From an uncultured Acidobacteriota bacterium (GTDB lineage: Bacteria > Acidobacteriota > Thermoanaerobaculia > Gp7-AA8), in NCBI GenBank assembly GCA_963822445.1, contig CAWGHO010000001.1:1248001-1312000 (forward strand): a stretch of DNA of 64,000 nt, given 5' to 3'. The translations under genes were made by a program, and so were the position numbers. The notes under the pieces were generated by a model. That model ran no database searches, was not told the DNA's origin, and worked only from the letters and a program-made list of their open reading frames with translations. Shown one piece after another: positions 1-9,452 of the stretch. The number at the start of each line of letters is the position of its first letter. The stretch's first letter is position 1.

Positions 1-718
1 GCACCCATGCCGAGCAGGAGCAGGCGAAGGCGTCGCCCCTGAAGCTCGTCGAAAGATGCGTGAACGGCATCGGGCAGAACCTGTCGCTGAGGTCGTAGGC
101 CGTTTCCGGAACGGCGCGCGCGAGTAACTGCTGCGCGGTCTGACAAACCGCCTGCATCCGCAGTGCGCGCCGGATGAGCGGCGTTGCTTCGTCCGTTCTG
201 CCGCGATCGAGGAGCAGTTCGGCATGCACCAGCAGCGCTGCACGATCGTCAGGGGCGTGCTCGGCGACGGCCGCCGCGACCATCGCGGCATCGCCACCGA
301 ACGGCGGTTCCGGCGCAACGTACTCGGCAAGCGCACGAAGGGCAGCCATGCGAACGGAAATGTCGACGTAGGACTGCATCCCCGCGGGGCGGAAGCTCGC
401 CTTGGCGATGTGCGAGATCGCGATGAGCGAGTCTAAAAACGCCTTGCGCGCAGTGCCGTCGCCGCTCGTGACGGAGGACGCCAGCGCGCGGAGCCGCACG
501 GCTTCGAAGGCCAGGAGGCGCATTGCCTGGACCGGCGCGCCGCTGCGTGACTCGAAGTGCATGAACGCGCCGCGGATCGTTTTCAGCGCAGCGCGTCCTC
601 TGCGCCAGGCCATCGTGGACGCGACTTCGTACCTGACCCGTCCGGCGATCTCCCTCATCAGGAGCCGGGTGGGGGCGGGGATGAGCCGGGTCGCGACACG
701 CCGGACGGAGGTGGTCAT
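1..718 (-). CDS. SPASM-first radical SAM family protein, paralog of the upstream gene (N-terminal part only; runs off the window edge)
   Basis: Not in the ORF track. The ATG at 718 overlaps the upstream stop (ATGA). Manual translation is open to the edge: ...MQSYVDIS...RRALRMQAVCQTAQQLL...DLSDRFCPMPFTHLSTSFRGDAFACSCSAWV, which aligns with AYCDIN...RRALDIMSACPTSQKLL...DLRGRFCPRPF...YACDCAAWV of 715..2517. Confidence 0.8.
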   Translation of the reverse strand, partial: MTTSVRRVATRLIPAPTRLLMREIAGRVRYEVASTMAWRRGRAALKTIRGAFMHFESRSGAPVQAMRLLAFEAVRLRALASSVTSGDGTARKAFLDSLIAISHIAKASFRPAGMQSYVDISVRMAALRALAEYVAPEPPFGGDAAMVAAAVAEHAPDDRAALLVHAELLLDRGRTDEATPLIRRALRMQAVCQTAQQLLARAVPETAYDLSDRFCPMPFTHLSTSFRGDAFACSCSAWV

Positions 719-2517
719 GCGCTGCGAGCCTCGAGCTGCGTGAGGAACGCCGTCATGACCCGCGGATTCCGCATGGCCGGGTCGTGCAGGATGGCTTGAA
801 ACTCCTCGTGATCCGGATGTGCCGGCGAGGTGATGTCTCTCGATGCGAAGACTTCCGCTGGTTCGTGTCCGAAGCTGTAGTACTTCTGAAAAACGACGCC
901 GGCGCCGAGCTCCTCGCCGAGCTGGACGAAGGCCGGCATCTCCCGGAAGTTGTCGCTCTGCACGACGAAGTTGATCAGGAACCGATACGGCTGCTCGGTG
1001 TCGAGATGCAGATCGGTGCTGACGGATCGCGTCCCGTCAGCGAGCGAGTTGCGGTTGAACGTCCCGGTGCGATGCAGCTCCCCCATCAGGTCGAGGTTCT
1101 CGCGAATGACTTCCCAGCGTCCGGGGCGGCGCACGTTCTCGTAGGTCGGTTTCGTTGCCGCATCGACCGAGACCCGCAGCTCGACAATCTTTTCGGCGAG
1201 ATGCGGCATCGCCTTCCACGTCTGCGGGGTGAGGCCCAGGCCGTTGGTCAGCATGAACAGACGCACGCCGTCGAACTCCGGCGCGCGCAGAGCTTCGAGG
1301 ATCGACCGGTAATGGCGGCTGGCGAACGGATCGCCCCAGGACGTCATCTGCACGGCGGTCTGCCGGTTGCGCAGCATCGGCAGAATGACCCGGTCGCGGC
1401 CGCGATCCAGCCGCTCGCTCTCCTCTTTGTTGGCCATCATCAGATCGTTGCGACAGGTCGGGCAGGCGAGGTTGCACGAGCTGTCGTGGCCGAGGGCGAC
1501 GATGCGTGGGCCGTCTTCAACGACGGTCTCGCGATTGTCGATGATGCGGCGCAGACGCGGCGCCGTGATTTCTTCGGCGCGTGGCAGCAGGCCGTTCGTG
1601 ATGAAGGGGCACAGCGTCCGGCTGCAGTAGGAGAAATCGCCGTCGAGCACGGACCGCCGCACTTCCTGCATGCCGGGCGAGTTCCAGACGGCATCCGCCG
1701 ATTCGCCTTCCAGCATGTTGCCGGTGACGGCCGGCACCCACGCGGCGCAATCGCAGGCGTAGGTCGAGCCCATCACCTGCTCGGTCGTGCCTTTTGCTTC
1801 GTTCCATTGCAGGCCCTGCCCGCTGACGAGGATTTCGAACGGCCGCGGGCAGAAACGGCCGCGAAGATCGGCCAGGCCGTTCTCTTCCGTCGGAGTGAGC
1901 GTTGCGCCGGCGTTCCGCCGTGCGCGCAATGCGTCCATGAGGAGTTTCTGCGACGTGGGACAGGCGGACATGATGTCGAGTGCGCGACGCGCGTACGTGG
2001 CCGCGTCGTCATGCCGTACGGCGTCCAGCATGCGCCGGCCGGCGGCGAGGAGCGCTTCGCGTCCGCTTCCGCCCGCGTTCGCAAGGCGCATCGCAACATC
2101 CATCTCGTCCAGCGACAGCTCCTCCGCGATCGACCGCAGAAGAGCGTCGAAAACGGCCAGGGTCGCATTGATGTCGCAGTACGCGCGGACCCTGGTGCCT
2201 TTCGTGGTGATCGCGGCGCAGAACGTCAGCTCGTCGAGTGCGTGAGAAAGCTGGTACGCGAACCGGCTCTCGTCGAGCACCGCTGGCCCCTTTTCGAGCC
2301 CGGCCAGGGCCGCCGACAGTCGCGGCGCGACCCTTTCGAGAACTTCGCTGACGTGCGCGGGGCCGCGTTCACTGACCAGCAGCGATGCGACGTTCTTCTT
2401 CAGCCACGACCCCGACCGGCGCCGCCATGCGGGCGTCCGGAGCAGACGCGTACCACGCACAGCCAGGTTCCAATATTGGCGCATGAACGACGAATCATAC
2501 CGTGCGCGTGCGCTCAT
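715..2517 (-). CDS. Radical SAM protein with N-terminal helical region and a SPASM/twitch-like Cys module preceding the rSAM core
   Basis: CxxxCxxC motif (SCNLACPTCR), GDPFAS, TNG and SVDAA motifs; upstream CPRPF...CDC...GN...VWNS...YCSRTLCP auxiliary-cluster pattern. Confidence 0.85.
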   Translation of the reverse strand: MSARARYDSSFMRQYWNLAVRGTRLLRTPAWRRRSGSWLKKNVASLLVSERGPAHVSEVLERVAPRLSAALAGLEKGPAVLDESRFAYQLSHALDELTFCAAITTKGTRVRAYCDINATLAVFDALLRSIAEELSLDEMDVAMRLANAGGSGREALLAAGRRMLDAVRHDDAATYARRALDIMSACPTSQKLLMDALRARRNAGATLTPTEENGLADLRGRFCPRPFEILVSGQGLQWNEAKGTTEQVMGSTYACDCAAWVPAVTGNMLEGESADAVWNSPGMQEVRRSVLDGDFSYCSRTLCPFITNGLLPRAEEITAPRLRRIIDNRETVVEDGPRIVALGHDSSCNLACPTCRNDLMMANKEESERLDRGRDRVILPMLRNRQTAVQMTSWGDPFASRHYRSILEALRAPEFDGVRLFMLTNGLGLTPQTWKAMPHLAEKIVELRVSVDAATKPTYENVRRPGRWEVIRENLDLMGELHRTGTFNRNSLADGTRSVSTDLHLDTEQPYRFLINFVVQSDNFREMPAFVQLGEELGAGVVFQKYYSFGHEPAEVFASRDITSPAHPDHEEFQAILHDPAMRNPRVMTAFLTQLEARSA

Positions 2518-3128
2518 GCGACCCGCCTGAGGTAGCCGTCGACGTTCCAGGTCACGTTGTGCCCGTAGTAATCGCAGAACGTGCGATCGATCTCGTATCG
2601 CCCGCCTGAGCGCGCGAGAAACTCATGGATCGCGCGAAGCGGCCCGCCGTCGTATGTCTCTGCAACGCGCATGGCCGTGAGGATGCCGTCCTCGATCACG
2701 ATGTACTCGCCCGGCCGCAGCCAGCGATCGAAGAAATCGAGCACGGCCGTGGTGGTGCCGGCGAGATGGCTGGAGTCCTCGACCACGAGAAGCGGCCGCG
2801 CGAACGACTCCATCACATCCGGAGTCAGCACGTCGCCGAGACGTTGTGCATCGCCTCGAAGAAATCGCGCGGATGGATGCGACACGTCTGTCGGCGTCTC
2901 GAGGTCGATCGATAGCACCTGCAGGCCAGGCCGCTGGTCGGCGAACCAGAGCGCGCTCCCGCCGGCGTGCGTGCCGATCTCGATGAGCGTTGCCGGCCGC
3001 GCGCGCTCGAGCAGCATCGCGTAGAGCGCGAGATCGAACGGATTCTTCAGCATCGGAACGCCGCGGTAGCGGTAGCTCATCGTGCCCTGCTGAATCTTCA
3101 TCAGCAGCTCGTAGGGAATGTCGGTCAC
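2514..3128 (-). CDS. CmcI (cephalosporin hydroxylase)-family / rhamnosyl O-methyltransferase-like protein
   Basis: YRGVPMLKNPFDLALY, IEIGTHAGGSALW, EDSSH, GEYIVIEDG motifs. The probable start is the GTG at 3128 (GTGA overlap), not the ORF-track start at 3653. Confidence 0.85.
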   Translation of the reverse strand: MTDIPYELLMKIQQGTMSYRYRGVPMLKNPFDLALYAMLLERARPATLIEIGTHAGGSALWFADQRPGLQVLSIDLETPTDVSHPSARFLRGDAQRLGDVLTPDVMESFARPLLVVEDSSHLAGTTTAVLDFFDRWLRPGEYIVIEDGILTAMRVAETYDGGPLRAIHEFLARSGGRYEIDRTFCDYYGHNVTWNVDGYLRRVA

Positions 3129-4567
3129 GACGGCAGCATCTCCAGGAAATGCGCTTTCGCCGAGACGAGCAGATCGCGCTTTCGGCCGCTGAAGCGCGCG
3201 GCGGCGCGATCCATCAGCGCGCTGCGCTCGTCGACGGTGAGGCTGGCGACACTGTGGCGACGCAGCACCGACGGCGGAATCGCCTTCGTGTTCAGGAACA
3301 CCGCGGAGTTCACCTCCGTGTCGCAGACATACTCGAAGTAATCGGCGTACAGCTCCATCGTCACGTGCAGCCAGGCCACCCAGTGATGGTAGAGATAGTC
3401 CTGCTGCACGACCAGCGAGCGGCCGGGGATGAGGTGCGGGAAGAACTGCCAGGTCACCCAGTCCGAGACCGTCCAGTGCTTGGCGATGTCGATGAAGAGA
3501 ATCTCGATCGGCCCGCCGGTCCACTGCTGATCCATCACATCGCCGGCGTGCACTTCCACGAGGTCGGCGTACGGAGCGATGTTGCTGTCGAACTGCTCGC
3601 GGACGCTCGTTCCCGCCGCGACGTGCTCCGGAAAGTACACGCCTCGCATCCACTCCTCGACCTCGAACCGGTCGTACGAGTGGATCGGCTTACCGCTTGC
3701 GGGGCGGGTCCAGCGGCGATTGCGACGCAGGCCCTCGGCGAGGGCGACTGTCGATCCGCCGAGGAACGCGCCGGCGTCGACGATCGCGCCGGCGCCGGTG
3801 TAGACGTCCTGGGCCAGGTAATTCAGCAGCCGAAGCTCGGCGGGAACCAGCATCGTCGGCACGTTCGTGCAGGCCGCCGGCAGCGGCTGCCGGCGCCACT
3901 TCGCGCCGATGCTCTCGGTCGTGTGCGGAACGCGGAAGACGGCCTGCACCGTGTTCGCGTTCTTCAGCACCTTCGGCTCGGTGCGGTTCCAGAGGCGCGT
4001 CATCAGGAAAGCGATCAGCCACGCCGCGGCCTTGCGCAGCCTGCCGCCTTTTTCGCGCGCGTACTCCCAGAGGATCCAGCCGAGCGTCTGCGCGATCGAG
4101 TGCACCGGCAGCAGCTCGACGACTTCCAGCCCGGCGTTGCTCCCGAGCTGCGCCAATCCGTCGGCGGTGTAGCGCCGGTAATCGTCGGGCGAGGCGTGAT
4201 ACGGCTGCAGGAACGGCACCGTCACGACGAGGTACCCGCCCTTGCGCACCACGCGCGCGAGCTCCTCGATCCCGCGCTCGGCATCGAAGACGTGCTCGAG
4301 GACCGCGTTGCAAAGCGCGGAGTCGAAGCTCCCGTCGGCGAACGGCATCGACTCGATCGGCCCGAGGATCACGTCTGGCTCCGTCGAGGCGATGTCGTAG
4401 CGGGTCAGCTCCGTCACGCCGTGCGCGCGCAGGAAGGCCGTGATGTCGCGCATGCCGCAGCCCGCGTTCAGCATCCGCCCGGAGAGATAGCGCGCGACCG
4501 GCTTCAGCTCCTGTTCGAGAGATTGAAAGTGGATCGGGCTGACGAAGGAAAGCTTCAAGAAGGGCAC
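3125..4567 (-). CDS. Tandem class I SAM-dependent methyltransferase (two MTase domains)
   Basis: Domain 1: LNAGCG, FDSALCNAVLEHV, PFLQPYHASPDDYRRYT. Domain 2: DAGAFLGGST, ILFIDIAK, QQDY. Confidence 0.8.
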   Translation of the reverse strand: MPFLKLSFVSPIHFQSLEQELKPVARYLSGRMLNAGCGMRDITAFLRAHGVTELTRYDIASTEPDVILGPIESMPFADGSFDSALCNAVLEHVFDAERGIEELARVVRKGGYLVVTVPFLQPYHASPDDYRRYTADGLAQLGSNAGLEVVELLPVHSIAQTLGWILWEYAREKGGRLRKAAAWLIAFLMTRLWNRTEPKVLKNANTVQAVFRVPHTTESIGAKWRRQPLPAACTNVPTMLVPAELRLLNYLAQDVYTGAGAIVDAGAFLGGSTVALAEGLRRNRRWTRPASGKPIHSYDRFEVEEWMRGVYFPEHVAAGTSVREQFDSNIAPYADLVEVHAGDVMDQQWTGGPIEILFIDIAKHWTVSDWVTWQFFPHLIPGRSLVVQQDYLYHHWVAWLHVTMELYADYFEYVCDTEVNSAVFLNTKAIPPSVLRRHSVASLTVDERSALMDRAAARFSGRKRDLLVSAKAHFLEMLPS

Positions 4568-4573
4568 CGGCGA

Positions 4574-5785
4574 TTATGGCATGTGGCGGATGACCGCCGA
4601 AATGTCGGCCAGGCCGACGTAATGGCGCGGCACGGAGACGGTGAGATGCAGCACGTGGACGCGCGTGTCGAGGACGCTGATCGCGCCGCCCGCCAGCTCG
4701 AAGGCCGAGACGTCGATGAAGACGTCGCCCACGCCGACGTCCAGGCGGAACGACACCTCGACGCGGCGCCGCTCCCCCGCGAACGCGGGCACTGCCGCGA
4801 CGCCGAGCATGACCGTGGTGGTCATGTAGATGCGCGTTCCTTCTTTCGTCGAGCAGGCGAAGCCGAACTGAGGCGCTTCGACGTCGCGGGAGAAGTCGAC
4901 GTCGAACACGAGCCGCGCCGTCTCGCCGGCGGTGAACGACGTCGCTTCCTGCGAGCCGTTGCGGTAGGCCACGACGTGCGAGATCGTCGCGCCGCCCAGA
5001 CCATACCGGGGCTCGCCGCCGATGGCCGTCGTCCGCTCAGGTTGCTCCGGCGCGGAGAAGAAAAGCTCGTAGTAACGGTCGACGGCGCGGCCCGGCTCGC
5101 CGTCGAAGGCGATGCGGCCATGGTCGAGCACCAGCGCGCGATCGCAGATCGCGGTCAGGCCATGCATCACGTGGGTGACCAGCAGGATGGTCGTGCCGCG
5201 TTCGCGCATCTCGCGCAAACGGCCGTAGCACTTCTGCTGGAATCGCGCATCGCCAACAGCCAGCACTTCGTCGATCAGCAGAATGTCAGGCTCCTCGGCC
5301 GCCGCGCACGCAAACGCGAGCCGCAGGAACATGCCCGACGAGTACGTGCGCACCGGACGATCGAAAAACTCGCCGAGCTCGGCGAAGGCCTCCACCTCTC
5401 GCTCGCGAGCCAGCGGATCGCCCTCATCACGCGCGATGAGCCGATGATAGAAACGCGCGTTCTCGCGGCCGGTCAGCTCGGGAAGAAAGCTCCCGCCGAG
5501 GTCGAGCAGCGCCGTGACGCGGCCATCCACGGTGACGCGACCCGACGATGGATCCAGCAGTCCCGCGACCAGATGCAACAGCGTCGATTTGCCGACGCCG
5601 TTGGCGCCGATGACGGCCACGCTCTCCCCGCGGCTCACCGAGAAACTGACGTCGTCGAGCACCGGGACCGCGACGTCGTGCCGCCGCCCGAACGGCCAGA
5701 AGATGTCGAACAGGCGATGAATCGGCGAGCGGTAATGGCGGAACTGCTTCGACACCTGGTCGAACTGCAACGCGATCCCGGTCAT
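4574..5785 (-). CDS. wzt: Polysaccharide ABC exporter ATP-binding subunit with C-terminal Wzt_C-like carbohydrate-binding domain
   Basis: GANGVGKST, YSSGMFLRLAF, DEVLAVGD; ATG at 5785 overlaps the upstream stop. Confidence 0.9.
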   Translation of the reverse strand: MTGIALQFDQVSKQFRHYRSPIHRLFDIFWPFGRRHDVAVPVLDDVSFSVSRGESVAVIGANGVGKSTLLHLVAGLLDPSSGRVTVDGRVTALLDLGGSFLPELTGRENARFYHRLIARDEGDPLAREREVEAFAELGEFFDRPVRTYSSGMFLRLAFACAAAEEPDILLIDEVLAVGDARFQQKCYGRLREMRERGTTILLVTHVMHGLTAICDRALVLDHGRIAFDGEPGRAVDRYYELFFSAPEQPERTTAIGGEPRYGLGGATISHVVAYRNGSQEATSFTAGETARLVFDVDFSRDVEAPQFGFACSTKEGTRIYMTTTVMLGVAAVPAFAGERRRVEVSFRLDVGVGDVFIDVSAFELAGGAISVLDTRVHVLHLTVSVPRHYVGLADISAVIRHMP

Positions 5786-8607
5786 CGCCGCACCCATGTG
5801 CGCAGCCGTCTGAGCGCCCATCGCGCCGCGCGCAGCGCGAACGTGAAGCCGGAGTCGACCGCCGCGACGGCGAGTGTCTTCCCCCATCCGCTCGGCGAGT
5901 GACGTGCTGCGGCGTCGTAGCCGGCGGCGAGGATGTAGTAGCGATCGTTGGCCGACGTTTCACCGTATGGCGCGATGCGCGCGGGAAGCGAGCTGCGGAC
6001 GTCGATGGAAACCGTTTGCGGCCGTTCGACGACCGGCTCGGGATAGGGCCAGATGCGCTCGCCGCGCGTGACGCAGAAGTCTGCGAGGCCGAGGAAGGGA
6101 GATTCGATCGCCAGCGCGCGGCCTTCAATCGCACGTTGAAACATCTCGCGACGCACGATGAGCGCGCCGCCGGACGTGACGCCATCGAGAAGACTCACCG
6201 CGACGCTGCCGCCGAGCGGCGGAACGACACGGATCCCGAAGTTGCCGGTGATGCTGCCCGCGGGCACGAGGCCATCGACGTGCGCGCGGCCGAGGGCGTC
6301 GAGCATTGGCGTGAATGCTTCGGGGAGCAGCGCCACGCCGGAGTGAATCAGCAACACCGCATCCTGGGCGATGCCCGCGAGCTCCGTCGCGATGGCGTCG
6401 TTCTCGGCCGAGAGGAGATCGATGTTCTCGTGGCGCAAGGGCTCGCCGCCGCGGTTGAGGATGATCACGCGATGAATCTGCGGGCAGGCCCACAGCGACT
6501 CGAGCGTGCGCGCGAGCGGGGCGCCGGCGGGATGATCGACGATCGCCGTGACGCTCGAGGCAGGTGATTCCGCATCGACCGCGCCCGGAAGGAGCTCCTG
6601 CCAGTGGGCGTGCATCTCCTTCCAGCTCCGTCGCGTCTCTTCCATTGACACAGCTGGACGCGCGATCCATCCGCCGTGCTCGATCGCACCCTCGAGCGCT
6701 TTGCGCAGCGCTTCGGTCGTGTGTTCAAAGAGCACGTGCTCGCGGTCAGCCTTCTCCACCAGCTCGGGGATGCCGCCGGTGCGTGCCGCGAGAAAGGGGA
6801 TTCCCGCGCCGAGAGTCTCGTAAATCGTGCAGGGCGAGTTGTCGAACGGCGACGGCATGACCGCGAGCTTCTCCCCTTCCCGCAGGTACTGCAGCGCCTC
6901 GGGCTGCCCGAGATCCGTGATCGTCCGAACGGGGAAGCTCCACGCCGCGGCGCGTTTCGCGATGTACTCGAGGCTGGGCATGCCGGCGCAGATCTGCGGC
7001 TTGCCGAGGAATGTGACGGTGATCCCGCGTCGCGCGAGCTCATCGGCCATCGCGTTCACGGCATTGCAGAAGAGGCGCAGACCTTTGCGTTCTTCGAGGC
7101 GTCCGAAGAAAACGATTTCCTTCGGCGGCGCGGTGCGGCCACGCTCAACATCAGACGCGGGCGCTCCCGGCATCACGTACTGCTGGATGTAGGTCTGCCG
7201 CGGCAGCTCGAAACCGCGCGAGGTGACCCAGTCCAGCAGGTAGCGGCTCGGACTCCAGAGCACATCGGCACAGGCGAGGCTGAGCCGCTCCGCGTAATCG
7301 AATGCCGCGCAGGTACGCGTTGCCGGCAGGAAGTGGTTGAGGTCGAAAACCCATCGCGACGGGCTGTGAAGCGCGACCACGAGCAGCGAATCACCGAACG
7401 CGAGGCCGAGCGCCTTCGCGGCGAGGGTTAGGCTTCCATCACCGCAACAGTCATTGAAGTGGATGACGTCGAAGCGGCGCTCGCGCAGCCGCTGGTAGAC
7501 GAGCCAGGGCGTGACGAAGCCGATTTCCTTGAGCGGCCCGTCGATCGTCTTCGTCTCCTCGATCGACAGCGCGATCAGCTCGATGCCCCGCGCGGCGTAA
7601 TGCTTCACCCACGGCGCCAGCCGCACCTCCGGCTGCCAGATCGCGCCTGTGTACAGCACCGTCACCGCGAAACCGTCGGCCCCGAGCATCTCCGCGAGAC
7701 CGGTCATCGACGTACCGACACCGCCGTTGTTGAACGGTCCGATCAGCTCGTTCGTGACGATGCAGATGGAAGGCCGGGAGGGCGCGTCGCGGTAGGTGCG
7801 ATCGCGCAGCGACGGGTAATCAGCCCGCGCGCGCAACTGCACGTCGATTCCCGAGATCGGCAGGCCGGCCACATGCGGCGGAAGCTGCCAGGCCACGTCG
7901 GGATCGGGCACGTGCGCGACCGGTGTGACGTCGCCGCGCCAGGCCATGGCCATGATCTGCGCCGTTTGATACACGACGACGTTGAAGCCTTTTTCCTTCA
8001 GGAATCGCAGCGCCGCCGTCACCGCCGGCGAAGCGAGATCGTGAAAAACGAACGCACAATCCTCGGCTGCATACGACAGCGCGGCCGCGGTATCGCGCAG
8101 CGGCGCGGGCGATTCGTGATCGCCGTCGATGAAGAACAGGCTCCAGCGCTGGTTCAACTCCGCGATGGACTCCGGGCTGCGGCCGCGCACGAGGTTCACC
8201 CGCTCGGCGACGCCGCAGCCGCGCAGTGAGTCTTCCACCGAGGCGCGGATGATCGGGTCTTCGTGCGCGGGATCGATCACGTCGAGCTGAACGCCGGCCA
8301 TGGCAAGGTGGCACGTCGACCATCCGAGCCAGCTCCCGATCTCCAGCGCGCGTTTGCCGGCGAACTGCAGGGCGATGTTGTGCAGCAGGACCGCTTCATC
8401 GCGGTTGAGGAAGCCCATGAGCGGGAAGCGTTCGTCGGCATACCAGCGGTGGGGCACGTCGCGGCGAAGGTACTTCCAGGGATGGTGCAGCGGATCGCCC
8501 GGCCGCATGTGCGGGAAGGCGTCGTCGAGCCGCACGACGCTCAGCCCCGGGGAGATGTAGTCGTAGAGCGACCAGGTCGCCTCGTCGGTCGGCGTGGTTA
8601 GAGGCAT
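5782..8607 (-). CDS. Methyltransferase + GT-B (GT4-like) glycosyltransferase + degenerate GT-A-like fusion
   Basis: LEIGSWLGWST and FIDGDH (Methyltransf_24-like); NGGVGT, FFGRLEERKG, PSPFDNSPCTIYE, GGIPELV (GT4-like). The probable start is ATG 8607; the upstream part of the long ORF overlaps wzm out of frame. Confidence 0.85.
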   Translation of the reverse strand: MPLTTPTDEATWSLYDYISPGLSVVRLDDAFPHMRPGDPLHHPWKYLRRDVPHRWYADERFPLMGFLNRDEAVLLHNIALQFAGKRALEIGSWLGWSTCHLAMAGVQLDVIDPAHEDPIIRASVEDSLRGCGVAERVNLVRGRSPESIAELNQRWSLFFIDGDHESPAPLRDTAAALSYAAEDCAFVFHDLASPAVTAALRFLKEKGFNVVVYQTAQIMAMAWRGDVTPVAHVPDPDVAWQLPPHVAGLPISGIDVQLRARADYPSLRDRTYRDAPSRPSICIVTNELIGPFNNGGVGTSMTGLAEMLGADGFAVTVLYTGAIWQPEVRLAPWVKHYAARGIELIALSIEETKTIDGPLKEIGFVTPWLVYQRLRERRFDVIHFNDCCGDGSLTLAAKALGLAFGDSLLVVALHSPSRWVFDLNHFLPATRTCAAFDYAERLSLACADVLWSPSRYLLDWVTSRGFELPRQTYIQQYVMPGAPASDVERGRTAPPKEIVFFGRLEERKGLRLFCNAVNAMADELARRGITVTFLGKPQICAGMPSLEYIAKRAAAWSFPVRTITDLGQPEALQYLREGEKLAVMPSPFDNSPCTIYETLGAGIPFLAARTGGIPELVEKADREHVLFEHTTEALRKALEGAIEHGGWIARPAVSMEETRRSWKEMHAHWQELLPGAVDAESPASSVTAIVDHPAGAPLARTLESLWACPQIHRVIILNRGGEPLRHENIDLLSAENDAIATELAGIAQDAVLLIHSGVALLPEAFTPMLDALGRAHVDGLVPAGSITGNFGIRVVPPLGGSVAVSLLDGVTSGGALIVRREMFQRAIEGRALAIESPFLGLADFCVTRGERIWPYPEPVVERPQTVSIDVRSSLPARIAPYGETSANDRYYILAAGYDAAARHSPSGWGKTLAVAAVDSGFTFALRAARWALRRLRTWVRR

Positions 8608-9383
8608 TCCCAGAAATGAGGCCGGAGTCGACGGAAAAGGGCCGCGCCGATGAGCATCAAGCCGCCTGCGATCGTCCAGAAGGCAACTGCTTCGGCGACG
8701 GTCGGCGCGGCGAACGCCTGTGGCAGCAGCGCATGACGGTATCCGGAGACGACGTACGCGGCGGGGTTGAGAGCCAGCAGCGACTGTCCGCGCGGCGGCA
8801 GCGCCGTCGGCGCCCACGCGATCGGTGTCACCCAGAACCAGACGTTGAGAAAGGAGGGAAGGACCTGCTGCACGTCCCGCACGATGACGGCCAGGCCGGA
8901 GAGCATCATCCCGATTCCATGCGCGAGCACGACCGCGCAAGCATAGAAGTAAGGAAGGAGCAGCAGTCCGGGGAAGCTCGCGTAGCCGGACGAGACCGAC
9001 GCCGCGAGCGTGAGCGCCAGCAGCACGACGTGCGGCAGCGACTGCACGACGATCGAGCTCGCGGAGATGATCTGCAACGGAAAGCGGACGCGCTTGACGA
9101 GATGGCGGTGACCGATGATCGATCCCACGCCGCTGCCGATGCCCGTGGAGATGAGCACCCAGGGCACATACGCCGCGGCGAAGCCGAGGACGTAGGGCGC
9201 TTTGCCGAGCGGGAGACGAAGGCCGAGGGAAAAAATGGCCGTGAAGCACAGCAGCGGGATGAGCGGCGTGAGCACCGCCCAGGCCATGCCTGCCGCCGTG
9301 CCCGCGTACGTACGCCGAAGCTCCTGACGCGCAAGCGACGCCAGCAGATGCCGATTCGGCCAGAGGCCAGCCCGCTCGCGCAT
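8598..9383 (-). CDS. wzm: Polysaccharide ABC exporter permease
   Basis: ELRRTYAGTAAGMAWAVLTPL, LVKRVRFP, RDVQQVL, TPIAW, LNP motifs; several hydrophobic TM segments; probable start ATG 9383. Confidence 0.9.
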   Translation of the reverse strand: MRERAGLWPNRHLLASLARQELRRTYAGTAAGMAWAVLTPLIPLLCFTAIFSLGLRLPLGKAPYVLGFAAAYVPWVLISTGIGSGVGSIIGHRHLVKRVRFPLQIISASSIVVQSLPHVVLLALTLAASVSSGYASFPGLLLLPYFYACAVVLAHGIGMMLSGLAVIVRDVQQVLPSFLNVWFWVTPIAWAPTALPPRGQSLLALNPAAYVVSGYRHALLPQAFAAPTVAEAVAFWTIAGGLMLIGAALFRRLRPHFWECL

Positions 9384-9452
9384 GAACTGGTTAGGGTACC
9401 ACCGGCCCCGATGATCGCCTCGCCGTGAAACGCTTTCGCGGCCATCGCCACT

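Noticed and set aside
784-2535. 583-aa plus-strand ORF and other long antisense ORFs (2990..5902, 32934..34886, 38492..41305, 52351..55152)
   Set aside because: They shadow well-supported genes on the opposite strand; high GC3 codon bias suppresses antisense stops; no recognisable motifs.
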